DNA of 64,000 nucleotides, from assembly GCA_973895155.1 (NCBI GenBank), contig OZ316896.1:6376166-6440165 (forward strand), in the 5' to 3' direction. Both the position numbers and the translations under genes were made by a program. Origin of the DNA: Marsupella aquatica. Its lineage: Eukaryota; Plantae; Marchantiophyta. This document shows positions 11,676-23,072 of this stretch, one piece after another. The notes under the pieces were generated by a model that saw nothing but the letters and a program-made list of their open reading frames with translations, ran no database searches and was not told the DNA's origin. Each line of letters begins with the position of its first letter. Positions within the stretch are counted from its first letter, which is position 1.

Positions 11676-13657
11676 TAAGTTGTGCTTTCTGAGATAGCCT
11701 ACCAATAAAATGAAGTTACGGCTAGACCATCTAGAACGTAGAACATCTCCTGACTAACAAAATTTTGTTGTTCGCCTATAATCTCTACCCAAAGTCTATG
11801 TACCACTCTCAACACTATCCCTTTTGTGTCATTGGCAAACTTGCACACTGGCGGTTGTAGCAACTCTTGCACGTCCACCCCAAGGCGTGCCACCGCCTGC
11901 CCACTTATGAAGTAGGCGGTCGCGCCTGTATCCACGCAACACCCAGATTACCGTTAGAAGTGACATTCATAAAAATCAATTTTTTAGGATCCATTGTCTT
12001 AACCTTAGGTACCTTCTCTCGCAACAACACCTTCTCTCTAGCAGGAACATCCCCTACAGGGACCTTGTCAACTACTAAGGGTTTGGTTAGAGCGAAACTT
12101 ACCTTAATGTCCTTTTGCCCCCCATCTTCGCTCGGTTTGCCACCTTTCATTGGACAATCCTTACTTTGATGGCCCATGGTGCCACATGTGTAGCATGAAC
12201 CTTTAGCCCACCTCTGCTCCATGAGTGCCTGCTTTTTTGCTTTTTGCGCCAATGAGGTTCCTTTCTTGAAGTTGTTGGCCTTTCAGTTGCGCTTTGCTTC
12301 TCCATTCTGGGGATGAGGATCCAAACCATCAGCCCCGCCCCCTCAGGCTGCTTGCAATTCTCGGGACCTTTTGCTTTTCCAGCTTCCCCCTTGGATCCCT
12401 TGCCACCCACCTTTGCCAAGTCCGGCCGGTTATTCACCAACGTAGTGGCTTTGTCAAGGGCGTCAGAAAGCATTTTAAACTCATGACGCTTTTCCTATAA
12501 CTTTTCCTTGAGCAACGGCGGGAGCTTCACTATAACACACTTGTGAAGCTACGTATGTAGGGTCTCTTGCCCAGCTGGGATACACGCCAACTGGTTTTGG
12601 TAATAGGTGATGAACTTTTGGATATCACCCCTGAAACTCATTTTTGTTACACATTTTTGCGCTTGCCGCTCTGGGTACTTAGTGGTGACATAAGCACCGA
12701 GACCCTCAACCAGGTTTTCCCAAGTTAACGGCAAGGAGGAGTCCTCTCACAACTTCTTCCAAGACTTGTACCAAGTCAAGGCATAGTCCTTCAGGTAAGG
12801 AGTAGCTGCGGTAGCCCAAGTGGATTGCTCAACGCACGCTTGGAGATGAATCTCCATCGTGGAGAGCCAACTCAAGAACTTTTGACCACTTTGTTCGTAG
12901 GCCCCGTCGTAAGTTAGAGGATTCGGTAGTTGGTTCACTTGGAACATACTCCGTCCAACTACCATTCCCCCCTCGAAACGCATCGCACTCTGACTACCCA
13001 GACTAAGTAAGTACTTAATCTAGGCCCCCTTGTTGTGTTCCAACTGCTCATAAATGAGTCGTTGGTCTTGAGTCAACGGACCCAAACCATCGTTGGTGGC
13101 TGAGCCCTTGCGGGTTGTATGAGGACGGTCCTCCAATCGTCTTTCTTTTGTGGGCCACCTATCCTTAGGTTCTCTTGTGGATTTTGGTGATACCCCCATG
13201 ACTTGCGGGCACCACATTGACCTCCTGGGGCTGTGGCATCACCCACTTCGCCGTGGTTCTGCTTGGTCAAATTATCCATAATGACGTCCAGCTTGGCATC
13301 ATCCTCTGGTTCCGCATCCGACCCTCTTAAGGTTGGGATTAGTCCCTTCTTTGGGCCCTAACCCTCTTCCTCCGATTCAGCCTTTGAACCGTCATCACTT
13401 TCATCTGAGTCGGAGCTGTCATCGCCTGACTTGTCCTTTGGAGGATTGGCCACCTCTTTCCCTTTAAGTTGACGGTGCTCTGCACTTGACATGTTTGCTA
13501 CGGTGGTCGATGGTTTGGCCGCCATGTCCTCATTGTCTTGCTTGTAGCGTTCATCAAGGGAAGTCGACCCGTCTTCCTTCTGTTCTTCTTGAACCTGGGC
13601 TCTCCCCTTGGTGGGGGAAGCCTGTTTGCCACTTTTTGATTGAGTGTTCATTGCCAT
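11676..13657 (-). pseudogene. Element A gag and aspartic protease (disrupted)
   Basis: PLTYDGAYE...WLSTME...ATPYLKDYALTWY (capsid), CCHC knuckle, DTGATAYFIS protease motif. Confidence 0.85.
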
Positions 13658-13788
13658 GTCTCCATTAACAAAATCTTCCCGCAGTCAACCTGCCGGACCC
13701 GTTGAAGCACTAAGTCCCCGCAAAAATCCGTTAAGATTTTTGGATTTTGACCTAGCACAACCCTAACCCAGTGTCTATACCGGCAATT

Positions 13789-13799
13789 GCTCTGATACC
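13789..13799 (-). other. Primer binding site (tRNA-iMet type) of element A
   Basis: Reverse complement GGTATCAGAGC directly after an LTR ending in CA (13801). Confidence 0.8.
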
Positions 13800-13800
13800 T

Positions 13801-15653
13801 TGGACCCTGCCACCCAACACCCTCACCAATTCCAACACCCTCACCAATCCCAACACCCATGCCTAAGTGCCCCTGGTGCCCAAACGCCTCCATGGAATAC
13901 CTCGAGCAAGCATCCTAGTGTCCCTTGCACCACTAGCGGCCCCTCCCATACAAAGCCACTCTTGCTCTCCAACACAACCGCTACTCAACGGTCCTCACTG
14001 TCTGCATGAGCATCCAAGCATCTCGGTAAGTAATCCTTCAAGATCTAGATCTCCCCAAGTCTAGTATCCTAACTCAAGCTCAAAAGACATTGGTAAGTAG
14101 ATCAATGATAGGTCCTCCCGATGTCATAAGCCAAAACCAAAACTGATGCTCATTGTTCATCCAAAACAGCTCCTTCCTTGGGCGAAACCTGGGTTCCCCC
14201 TCGTACCTATCCATCACCAACTGACTGCCTTGCCCCCAAGACATGCTCATGGCTCAAATAGCGTAGCTTATCCTAAAGCTTGTCCCAAGCTTGTCCCTAC
14301 ACATCGAGACCATAATGGCCCCGACTTTAGCAACCAACCCCCGGTTCTTGCCCCGCTGATGGTCTAGGGCCCAAGTGCCCTTGGAACTCAACCTCCATGC
14401 CTACTTGGCCTTGCCTCCCCAATGCAAGCTCCCTTGAGAGTGTTGAGCATAGACGACACTTGCAACGGTAAGCACATGACACATCCAACGTGCAAGTAGT
14501 CAACACAAGAGATACGTGGTTCACCTCCTCGAGGCCACATCCACGGGAACACACAAGAGAGCTTTACTAAAATCTAAGCCCGTCGGCCATACCAAGTCTC
14601 CATAGTGTAAGCTCTCCTCATCTCTCAAGTGGCTCCATAACAATGAGCCTAAGTTCCACTTATCCAAGCAAACACGGCTTGGCATATAGTGTGTATCCTA
14701 GTTAACCTAACCACATCTCCGACTACGGTTAGCCTAACTACGGTTACATATCGTAACCCTAGACCTTGAGTAAATACCTAACAGAAAGACCGAACATGGC
14801 TTGGCTGCTATTTTGACAGGATTTGGCAAGCGGGTGAGATAGCACCCAAAAGCCTCAAGAACCTACAGTGCTCTAAGACCCAGCTGAGCTCAGGAGGATG
14901 CAGCCTTCATTGAGAGCTTTTCAACGCACCCAAGAAGTCCCCCAATGGACTTCTCGTTGCCAGTTGGTGTTCGTAGTTAGGCCTCGGGGGGTTAACTAAG
15001 TGTATATTTTGGGGTACCATGTGCGATCCTAGCCTAATATAAATAGACCTATTTTATAAAAAATATATTCTAGGAATATTCTATATTTTCAATATTAATA
15101 ACCTATTTTACTTTATAAAAGGTATATATTAAAGAATATTCTATAAACATGAGTTTATAATACCTTCTTTTGCCTTCTACGCTTTTTAAAAATTTAGTTA
15201 AAATATGCCAAAAATACCTATTTTGAATCGCACGTGGTTCCTAAGATTTTTGATAGTCAACCCCCCGAGAGTTAGGCGTTCGCAAGCAGAGTGCCTTAGC
15301 CCGTTGTGATCGGGCCAACCCAGTGCTCATGCCTAGGCCCTCAAATCTCATTGCGGCTCGGGGCCCCCGATCGGCCAAACTCGGATCGGGCCATAACTTG
15401 CGCCCCAAACGTCCGTTGCCCATGGAGCCAACTCCATTGGCCTTGGACCCAAGAGGAGCTCTCACTCAAACCCTCCAAACTCAAAGTCCGTCCGAGGGTC
15501 CAGACGGTCGACCTTGAGCTGGCCCTTTTTCCCTTGGCCCGACCAGCTCTTAGCTAGTCTAAATCCTTAGTGTGTGACACCAGCTTGGCGCCTTGCCTTT
15601 GCCAGTGCCACGTCCCATTGCCCACAAGTCTCCCCATGCTAAGTCCTCTCCGG
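13801..15653 (-). repeat. 5' LTR of element A, interrupted at 15654 and resuming at 41051-41100
   Basis: Abuts the PBS. 15440-15653 joined to 41051-41100 aligns co-linearly with the diverged copy at ~52820-53095. Confidence 0.7.
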
Positions 15654-16912
15654 TGTCGTGATAATTCAATTATTCATGATGAAATCATTATCACTAAGTA
15701 TATTATTTAGTATATAGGTTAGGTTTATATTTTGTTACGAGTTAACTAAATAGTTTGACTATTACTTATGTGCATGCAAGGTAAGCAACTATGCAAACCA
15801 CAAGATGCATGCACAACTTGTTTTATTTTCATGCATTAGTCTTTGTTTTATGTGCATGCAAGGTGAACAAATGTGCAAGCCACAAGGTGCATGCACAAAT
15901 TATTTTAGATGCATGCAAATTGTTTTATGCGCATGCATTGGTTATTTTATGCGCATGCAAGGTGAGCAAATGTGCAAGCTACAAGGTGCATGCATGCACA
16001 AATTGTTTTAGGTACATGCATTAGTTGTTTTACTTGCATGCATTATTTGTTTTGATTGCAATAATATTAGCACACATTCCTACGTTGGATGTGTGACACT
16101 TGGCTTTCATCCAAGCGTGTGGGCGTAATCCATGCCCTCTTGGATTCAATATAAATAAAATGGCGAGAGGCACTCTCTCCTCATTCCCACATTTTTTATC
16201 ATTTCCACGTCGAAGCGATCCTCTTTTTTTTCTCATCTTTCTCTTCTATTCTTTGCCTTATGTATATAGTAGTGGGGCATCATTTGGCCCGGATAGCAAA
16301 GGAATGAGTGGTAGACTTATAGATGAGACCTTAGGGAACAAGGTCTCTTTGGGAACTTAAGGGTGGGACATCCTTTGGCCCGGATAGCAAAGGAACAAGA
16401 TAGTCATTATGAATCCAGGAGGGAGAGATATTCCTAATCTTCCCTTTCGTAACCCATTTTTGGTTAGAGTCCATCTTTTAGACAAGCCATCCATGAGGTA
16501 ACATTTAACTTATCACTTTGGAGCTCAATTTGCAGCTGCTGTTATGAGTTCTAATGAGCCAATAGTATACCCAGTAGTGTCTTACCGAGAGGAGTGAGAG
16601 TGCATTATCTTTGTCCTTTATTGAAGTCATGGATCTAAATAGGAGTCCAGATGACATTCCTATTTCATTTTCTCTTGGAGATATTAGGATTGTATAACAT
16701 AGAAAAATTAGTTTCCGAGGTATGTTGATCCGCAAGTATGGTGAACTAAAATAGGATTTAATAATATATTAGTTTCACCTGAATCTTTCTTAATACCCAC
16801 CACCCTTCTTACAAGAGTTATCATTTTGGTTTAGGTATAAAACTTATGGGCATGCAAGGTTAACTTCATAAGAGCCAACATGCTCTTACCAGAAAACATG
16901 GTCACCCAGACA
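15654..16912 (+). repeat. 5' LTR
   Basis: TGTCGTG...CCCAGACA; aligns end to end with 39775-41046. Confidence 0.95.
15768..16045 (+). promoter_or_regulatory. Three ~85-90-bp tandem units with about a dozen CATGCA (RY) motifs in the LTR U3; also at ~39890-40180
   Basis: Repeated GTGCATGCAAGGTGAGCAAATGTGCAAGCCACAAGGTGCATGCACAAATT. CATGCA is the known B3 (ABI3/VAL) site; function here is inferred. Confidence 0.6.
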
Positions 16913-16916
16913 TAAG

Positions 16917-16934
16917 TGGCGACCATACTGGGGA
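16917..16934 (+). other. Primer binding site TGGCGACCATACTGGGGA (resembles tRNA-Arg-type PBS)
   Basis: Starts with TGG 4 nt after the LTR-terminal CA. The tRNA identity is from recollection of Tat/Ogre PBSs. Confidence 0.7.
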
Positions 16935-17029
16935 ACCGCTGGATTTTGGAGTTAGCTTGTGCATGTCTAAGTTTTGGTTGATGAAGAGAGATATGATTTT
17001 GGAACTATAAATCCTTCAATTGTGAGTAT

Positions 17030-19760
17030 ATGTTTAGTCAAGAGGGAAGAATTGCAATCATGGGAACTGAGATTAATCCAATTGACACGGAGAGGTTTTC
17101 ATCTTTGGTTGCTGCATACTTACATGGAATGAAGGAGAAGGAGATGGAAGAGAACAAGAAAAATGAGTTGCTTGGAAGGACCACAAAGTACTTGCACTCG
17201 GTTCTTACTAAGCAAGAAGAATTTGATGGGCGGAATGTGACAAGGTATCTCAATGGATACTGGACAGAGGCTACAATTCACAAGATTGATGCTGAGGTAG
17301 CAGTCAAGGAGTTTGTGTCTTTGGTGGAACCTGAACTCAAGGAAATTGTTGTTTCCTTGACAGAGGGAGCTTATGGAGAAAAGGCATGAAATATTTTTGA
17401 GGTAAGAATGAAAGAAGAATTTCAACTAAAATATCCAGATCGGGTCACCCAAGCATCTTTCCTTGATTGGGTGACTGACAAAAGTAAGAAGTTGGGACCT
17501 CAAGAATTGATGAGGAAGTTTGTCAAGAAGTTCAATCAACTTCCTGAGATAGGCTCTGAAGTCGTCAAGGTGCAGAAGGCTACTCTACTCATCCGAGCTA
17601 CTGATGAGAAGCTTTAGGATGAGTTAGAGCTTGCTCTTGAACTAATGAACCCGAGTCGTGGGGCTAATCAGCCAACTTGGGAGGAGATTGAGACTACTGT
17701 GCTAAGAGTCAGTCAAAATCACAGAAGGAAGAAACTCAGTCATGAAGGTGTTCTGGATACAGTAGCACCTATGACTTCTATGAGGAGAGTGAAGAAGATG
17801 GAATCAACAACCGGTAGGGGTGAGAAAAGTGTGGACAAGCTAGATGGATGAGTTGTCTGAACTCATGAAGAATCTTACCATTCTTGCCACCCAAGCTTTG
17901 AGACAAATTGGAGGCAACACCTTGAGGCCACCATCAAGAGGTAGTGGAGGAGCAGGAAGTTCTATCGGAGGACCAAGAAGCTGGAATTGTATCTGGTGTG
18001 ATAGCAAAGAGCACTCTAGAAGAGAGTGTGTTGAGCTGTCTGTTGCTCTAAAGGAGAGAATGGTTAAGATTGTTGAGCATGATGGCATAAGAAAGCTTGC
18101 CTACCATGATTCGGGTGAACTTATTCCAGTCAATGCCAACAAAGGTGACATGAAGGTACTAGTGGAGAAGAGAATGGCTGAACATCATAACTCAGCCATT
18201 GCTGCAGCTTATGGGGACAAGGGTGAGCATGAAGCAGATGTCTACACTGTGTTTGGGGATCCTTCGTCAGTAGGATACTTAGAGACAGAGAAGAAAAGGC
18301 TGGCAAAGTTTGTAAGAAGGAAATCAGGTTGAAATGATCCTATTTTGATCTACTTTTATTGCAGAGGTAGGATTTCTATGGGATTCTATGGTGGAGGAGA
18401 AGAGAAAGTCTATGGAGCCTTTGGAAGAACGTGCTAAAGGAAAACAGAAAGTAGATTCTGGACCTTCTACTCCTAGGCCATCATCTGATGTGCCAATGAG
18501 AAGGAGTGTTCAATTTGAGGACAGAGTAAGCACACCAAAAGAGTCTACTTCGACCCCTTCAAAGGAGTTGGAAGTAGTAAAAAAGGAGAAGGCAGAAAAG
18601 AAATTAAAGGACCTGGTTGGATACTTGGAAGGGATGTGGAGCAACACATAGAGTATGACCAGGTTGCTGACAAGTTTTGGAAAGCCACAATGAGTGGAGT
18701 CACCAATGAGGAGTTTTTTGCTTGCATGAACTCCAAAGCTCAAGATGCTTTACTTGCAAAGGTGAAGCAAACAAGATTTTATAAAGAAGAACCTCATGCA
18801 TTGGGAGCAGAGTTTTATTCTGAAGTTGGAGAGGATGGAGAAGGTTCATTTTCAAGAGCTAATACAGAGTGTCAAGTGTATCAAGTGAATGTTGAGAAGA
18901 TCCCTGGACCACAGATGCTAGGGTCTTCAAATGAGGAGATCCTTGGACCACAAATGCCAGGATCTTCAAAGGAGAAGATCCCTAGACCACAGATGCTAGG
19001 ATTTTCAAATGATGAAGTTTTTGGACCACAGATGCCAGAGTTTTCAAAGGAAGTAGTTTCTGAACCAAAGATGTCAGAAGCTAAGGTATTGGACTTGGGA
19101 AGATGGGAACCATTGATGGAAGAAAAGTTTGACTAGTCACAAGAAGTGGCAAAAATCAGTCAAGAGGAGGTACTCAAGGCTTCACAAAGTGTGTGGGTCA
19201 TGTGTGCCTCTACCATGAAGAATCTTGAATTGGGAGATGGCAAGGAGTCCATCTTGGAACCATTTTGGGCAAGGACTTACTCAGTGGTGGAAGTGGAGCT
19301 TGTGGGGATGGAAGGCAAAGCCCGAGCATTGATTGATACTGGATCAGAGGTAAATCTAATATCAAAAAGCATCTATGATCTTGGGTATGATCTTGGGCAA
19401 TGGATGATTGACTGTGATACCCAGTGGTCGGTAAACTCAATCAATCGATCAAAGAATACACTTTGGGGAGGATATCCAGGAGTTTCAGTGAAGGTTGGCA
19501 ATGTGATTGAGCCAACTAACATCTTTGTGCATGATAGCTTACCCTATGACTTGATTTTAGGGCAGCTTTACAATACTCAAGCTCGATTGGAATACAAGGT
19601 TTTGCCAGATGGTACTCATATGGCAAAGATGAGGAGTCGAGATGATTTTTGGATTATCCAGTTTTCTGTGGTGAAACTTGGACATTGGAGGAATCAAAAG
19701 GAGTTGAGAGGACCTGAATCCAAAGAAGGAAATGAGGATTTCCGGAATGCGTCTCGTTAA
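17030..19760 (+). pseudogene. gag plus aspartic protease ORF (several stops and frameshifts)
   Basis: FDGRNVTRYL, knuckle CIWCDSKEHSRREC, protease ALIDTGSEVNLIS...YDLILGQ. Confidence 0.88.
18894..19080 (+). repeat. In-frame 39-bp (13-aa) tandem repeat, ~4.5 copies, between gag and protease
   Basis: EKIPGPQMLGSSN / EEILGPQMPGSSK / EKIPRPQMLGFSN / DEVFGPQMPEFSK. Confidence 0.85.
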
Positions 19761-22246
19761 ACAATGCGGGATGGTGGGGCGCTATCTCTGATGATGCGCT
19801 GATGGCTTGGAATGTGAATAGTTTGTTGACAAGCTCATCTGAAGGTGAAAGCTTGCATTGTCGAATTTCTTATGTGAAAGTGTGTGAAACTACTAGAAAA
19901 TTCAAAAAGAAAATTGCGAGGATTGAGGATATTATGCAAATACATGGATTGCTAGAGGAATGTGAGGAGATTGAAGACCTTCTAGATGAAGAAGGAGTGG
20001 TAGTCTCTTTGGAAGAAGTAATTGAAGGTCTTTCAGAGGGGAGAACTTTTATGGAAATCAATCATGAGTTGTATGGTGAATTGTCTCAATTTGTTGAGGT
20101 CAACACCAAGTACAAAACGGTGGACAAGAAAGTGAGACCAGCGGCACTTCCTTTGCCTTTGGATGCTAAGGAGAGTCTGGAGAAGGCAAGGAAGGAGACC
20201 AGTCTTAGAGATTGGACTAAGATTGGCCATAAATTCACAGAGGAGACCCTTAATCAACTAAGGATTGGCGATGATGGGTTGTTGACAAGGAGAGAAAGAG
20301 AGAAGTTTTGACAAATGATTGGTGAACATGGTAAAGCTTTTGCCTTTTATCCTGAAGAGATGGGATGTGTGGATCCTAGTGTAGTTACTCCTATGGTGAT
20401 TTTCACTGTCCCTCATATTCCTTGGGACTTGAAACCTATTCTGGTGCCCAAGGCTTTGTTGCCTAAACTTGTTGATCTATTGAAGGAGAAACTTTCCACT
20501 AGGATCTTGGAAAAAGCAGATGCACCTTATTCTAATCGTTGGTTTACCATTCGCAAGAAAAATGATAAACTTAGATTTATTCAGGATATGCAACCACCCA
20601 ACAAGGTTACTATTTGCAACACTAGGATAGGACCTATAGTTGATGAGTTTGTAGAAGAGTTTGCCGGTAGAGCCATCTATTCATGTGGTGACCTCTATTC
20701 AGGCTATGATCAGTTTCAGTTGGCTCAAAGTAGCAGAGATATCACTACAATGAGGACACCTTTGGGGCTACTTCGCATGTGTACTTTGCCTCAAGGAGCA
20801 ACCAATTCAGTGGCACACATGCAGAATGCCATAAATAAAATACTACATCATTTTATTCCAGAGAAGACTCAACCATTCCTTGATGATATGCCAATCAAGG
20901 GGTGCTTGGAGGCAAAGAAGGATGAGACTGTACGAGAAGATGGGTTGCGACAGTTTATATGGGAGCACATTCAGGATGTGAAGGCCATCTTGAAGAGACT
21001 GATTGAGGTTGGGCTCACTCTTTTTGGAGAAAAATCTTCATTTGGGCTCTGTGAAGTCCTGATTATGGGACAGATTTGTGGAGTTGAAAGGAGGAGGCCA
21101 AATGAAGGAAAGGTGGATGCAATCAATCAGATGAAAGATTGCAGAACATCTTTAGAGATGCAAAGATTTCTTGGTGCTTGCTTGTTTTACAGGGTTTGGA
21201 TTCCACACTTTGCACATATTGCTGATCCCTTGTATGGATTACTAAGGAAGAATGTGCAATTTGTTTGGACTGAGGCACACAAGGAGGCTATGCAAAGATT
21301 AAAGGAGGTATTACTTAGCCCCCTTCTTCTACGTCCCTTATGCTATGATGGGAGGCCAATCATTGTTACTGTCGATTCAAGCCCTGATGCTGCTGGATGG
21401 GCAGTAGGGCAAGATGATGAAGAGGGAAGGAGATTTGCATCAAGGTTTGGGGCTAAGGTCTTTTCAGCAAGACAAAGACATTATCCTCAAATCAAACGAG
21501 AATTATGGGGTGCAAGAACAACTTTGTGTCAAGAAAAGGTCTACTTGATTGGAGCACAAGTAATTCTTGAGACAGATTGTTTACCACTTTTAGGGATGAT
21601 TGCTAATTGTGATACTCAAGATATTGCTATGCTACGTTGAATAGCTTTTATAAGAATGATCAATCCTTAGCTTCGACATATTGCTAGAAAAGATAACCTT
21701 GTAGCTGATATGATGTCAAGAGCTCGATATGATCATACTGAAATATCTGAAGCAGTTCAAATAATGAGTGGAGAATTTGAGATTTTACAATTTCAAGAGG
21801 AACTGTATTCTGGACAGTTGCTTTTGATTGGGAGGTACCTTAGTACTCTTCAAAGGTCTTTTGAATTGACAGATGATGAGTTTCAGCGATTACGGAAGAA
21901 GACTTACAAGTTCATGCTGAAGGATGGTGTCTTATGGAGAAGATCTTTGAAGAAAGGACATGCTCCATGTAGAGTCCTTGATACTAAAGAGGAGAAGAAA
22001 AAGGTCTTGTGGGACTCTCATGATGCAGTTGAAGCACGACATCGAGGAGTTAGAGCTACTTATGAGCGGATTCAGAGATGGTATTGGTGGTCAGACATGT
22101 ATGTGGATGTGAAATCATATGTTGGGTCTTGTAAGACTTGCCAATATTACTCTAAAGTTTGATTTAGGGATGGGCTTAATCCTACTAGTCCTTTATCATT
22201 ACATTTTCAGTGGGCAATAGATGTGGTGCACATGCCATTGGGAGTT
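19742..22246 (+). pseudogene. pol 5' part: RT, RNase H, integrase HHCC and start of the core
   Basis: DLYSGYDQF, LPQGATNS, FLDD, VTVDSSPDAAGWAVGQ, ILETDCLPL, SHDAVEARHRG...CKTCQ, WAIDVVHMPLGV| then CACTA. Premature stops at 20309, 21638 and elsewhere. Confidence 0.93.
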
Positions 22247-22269
22247 CACTAGTAGAAACCGGGGGGTAT

Positions 22270-22580
22270 TTAGACCCCATTAAACGACTATTCAGTACCG
22301 TATAGGACTTGGAAACGACTGGGAAGGACTCTAGTCCTTTATAGGATTGCGAGTCGTATGTTTTGTTACTATAATCAACTGAGTCCTTTATAGAACTGGT
22401 TTATAAGTCGTTTAATAGACTGGATTTTCAGTCTATTTTAGTCTTTGTGTGGGTAGCTTTGGTGAGTCGTTTTTAGTCTTTTATGGGCTGCGATGATGAG
22501 TCGTTGGGAACGACTAAAAAGGTTATGGAGGGTAGTCTTTAAATATACTTTGTGGGGTATGTATAAGTCTTTTATGTCAA
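22270..22580. repeat. CACTA subterminal motif array (AGTCGTT / AACGACT variants in both orientations; also 38665-38785)
   Basis: More than a dozen short motifs next to the TIR, typical of TnpA-binding arrays. Confidence 0.7.
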
Positions 22581-23072
22581 CTGGATATGAGTGATGAAGA
22601 CCCCACTATACTACTTGGAATGAACCCACTCTTGTGCACAAATAACATATTGCATTCATGTTTTATTGTGTACTTGGAATGAACTCACTCTATAAGTTCA
22701 CCATTCATCATGTTAACATTAGAATACATAGTTTCAGAAAGCCATCTTCTATACCATGTACACTAATATGAATTCACAGATTCAAACTTCATAGACTACA
22801 AAGAAGGTCACAAAGTATTCCTCTATACCATACACACTAATACTGAAATGATAAAATAGATTCAAGTATCATAGACAATCACCATAGAGCCATAGTTTGA
22901 CATCAATCACTTGTTTCATACATACAGAATTCAGAAATATCAATGTCACACACAACGTCTCCTTCATCCTCTTTACCAAATGGAAAAATTGGTACAGATA
23001 TTTCTTGGATCTTTCCAAGGCAATGTCAAAATGTGACACAATTCACATGATGCTATCTACACTTGCATTCAG

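Larger units (their letters stand above)
363..15653 (-). mobile_element. Decayed Ty3/gypsy LTR retrotransposon (chromovirus-like RT), host of several nested insertions (element A)
   Basis: Domain order on the - strand is LTR (13801-15653), Met-PBS, gag with CCHC knuckle (CYTCGTMGHQSKDC ~12150-12200), protease (DTGAT ~11930), RT (1255-1743), RNase H and integrase HHCC (333-518). Many stops and frameshifts. Confidence 0.85.

Noticed and set aside
13810-13860. GIGEGV / QHPH peptide repeats
   Set aside because: An 18-bp tandem repeat in the non-coding LTR end of element A, with no coding support.
15791-16024. Cys/His-rich repetitive ORFs (also 39889-40162)
   Set aside because: Translations of the CATGCA-rich LTR tandem repeat, not proteins.
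16917-16934. tRNA gene
   Set aside because: Only an 18-nt PBS complementary to a tRNA 3' end; I recognised no cloverleaf, tRNA or rRNA gene in the window.
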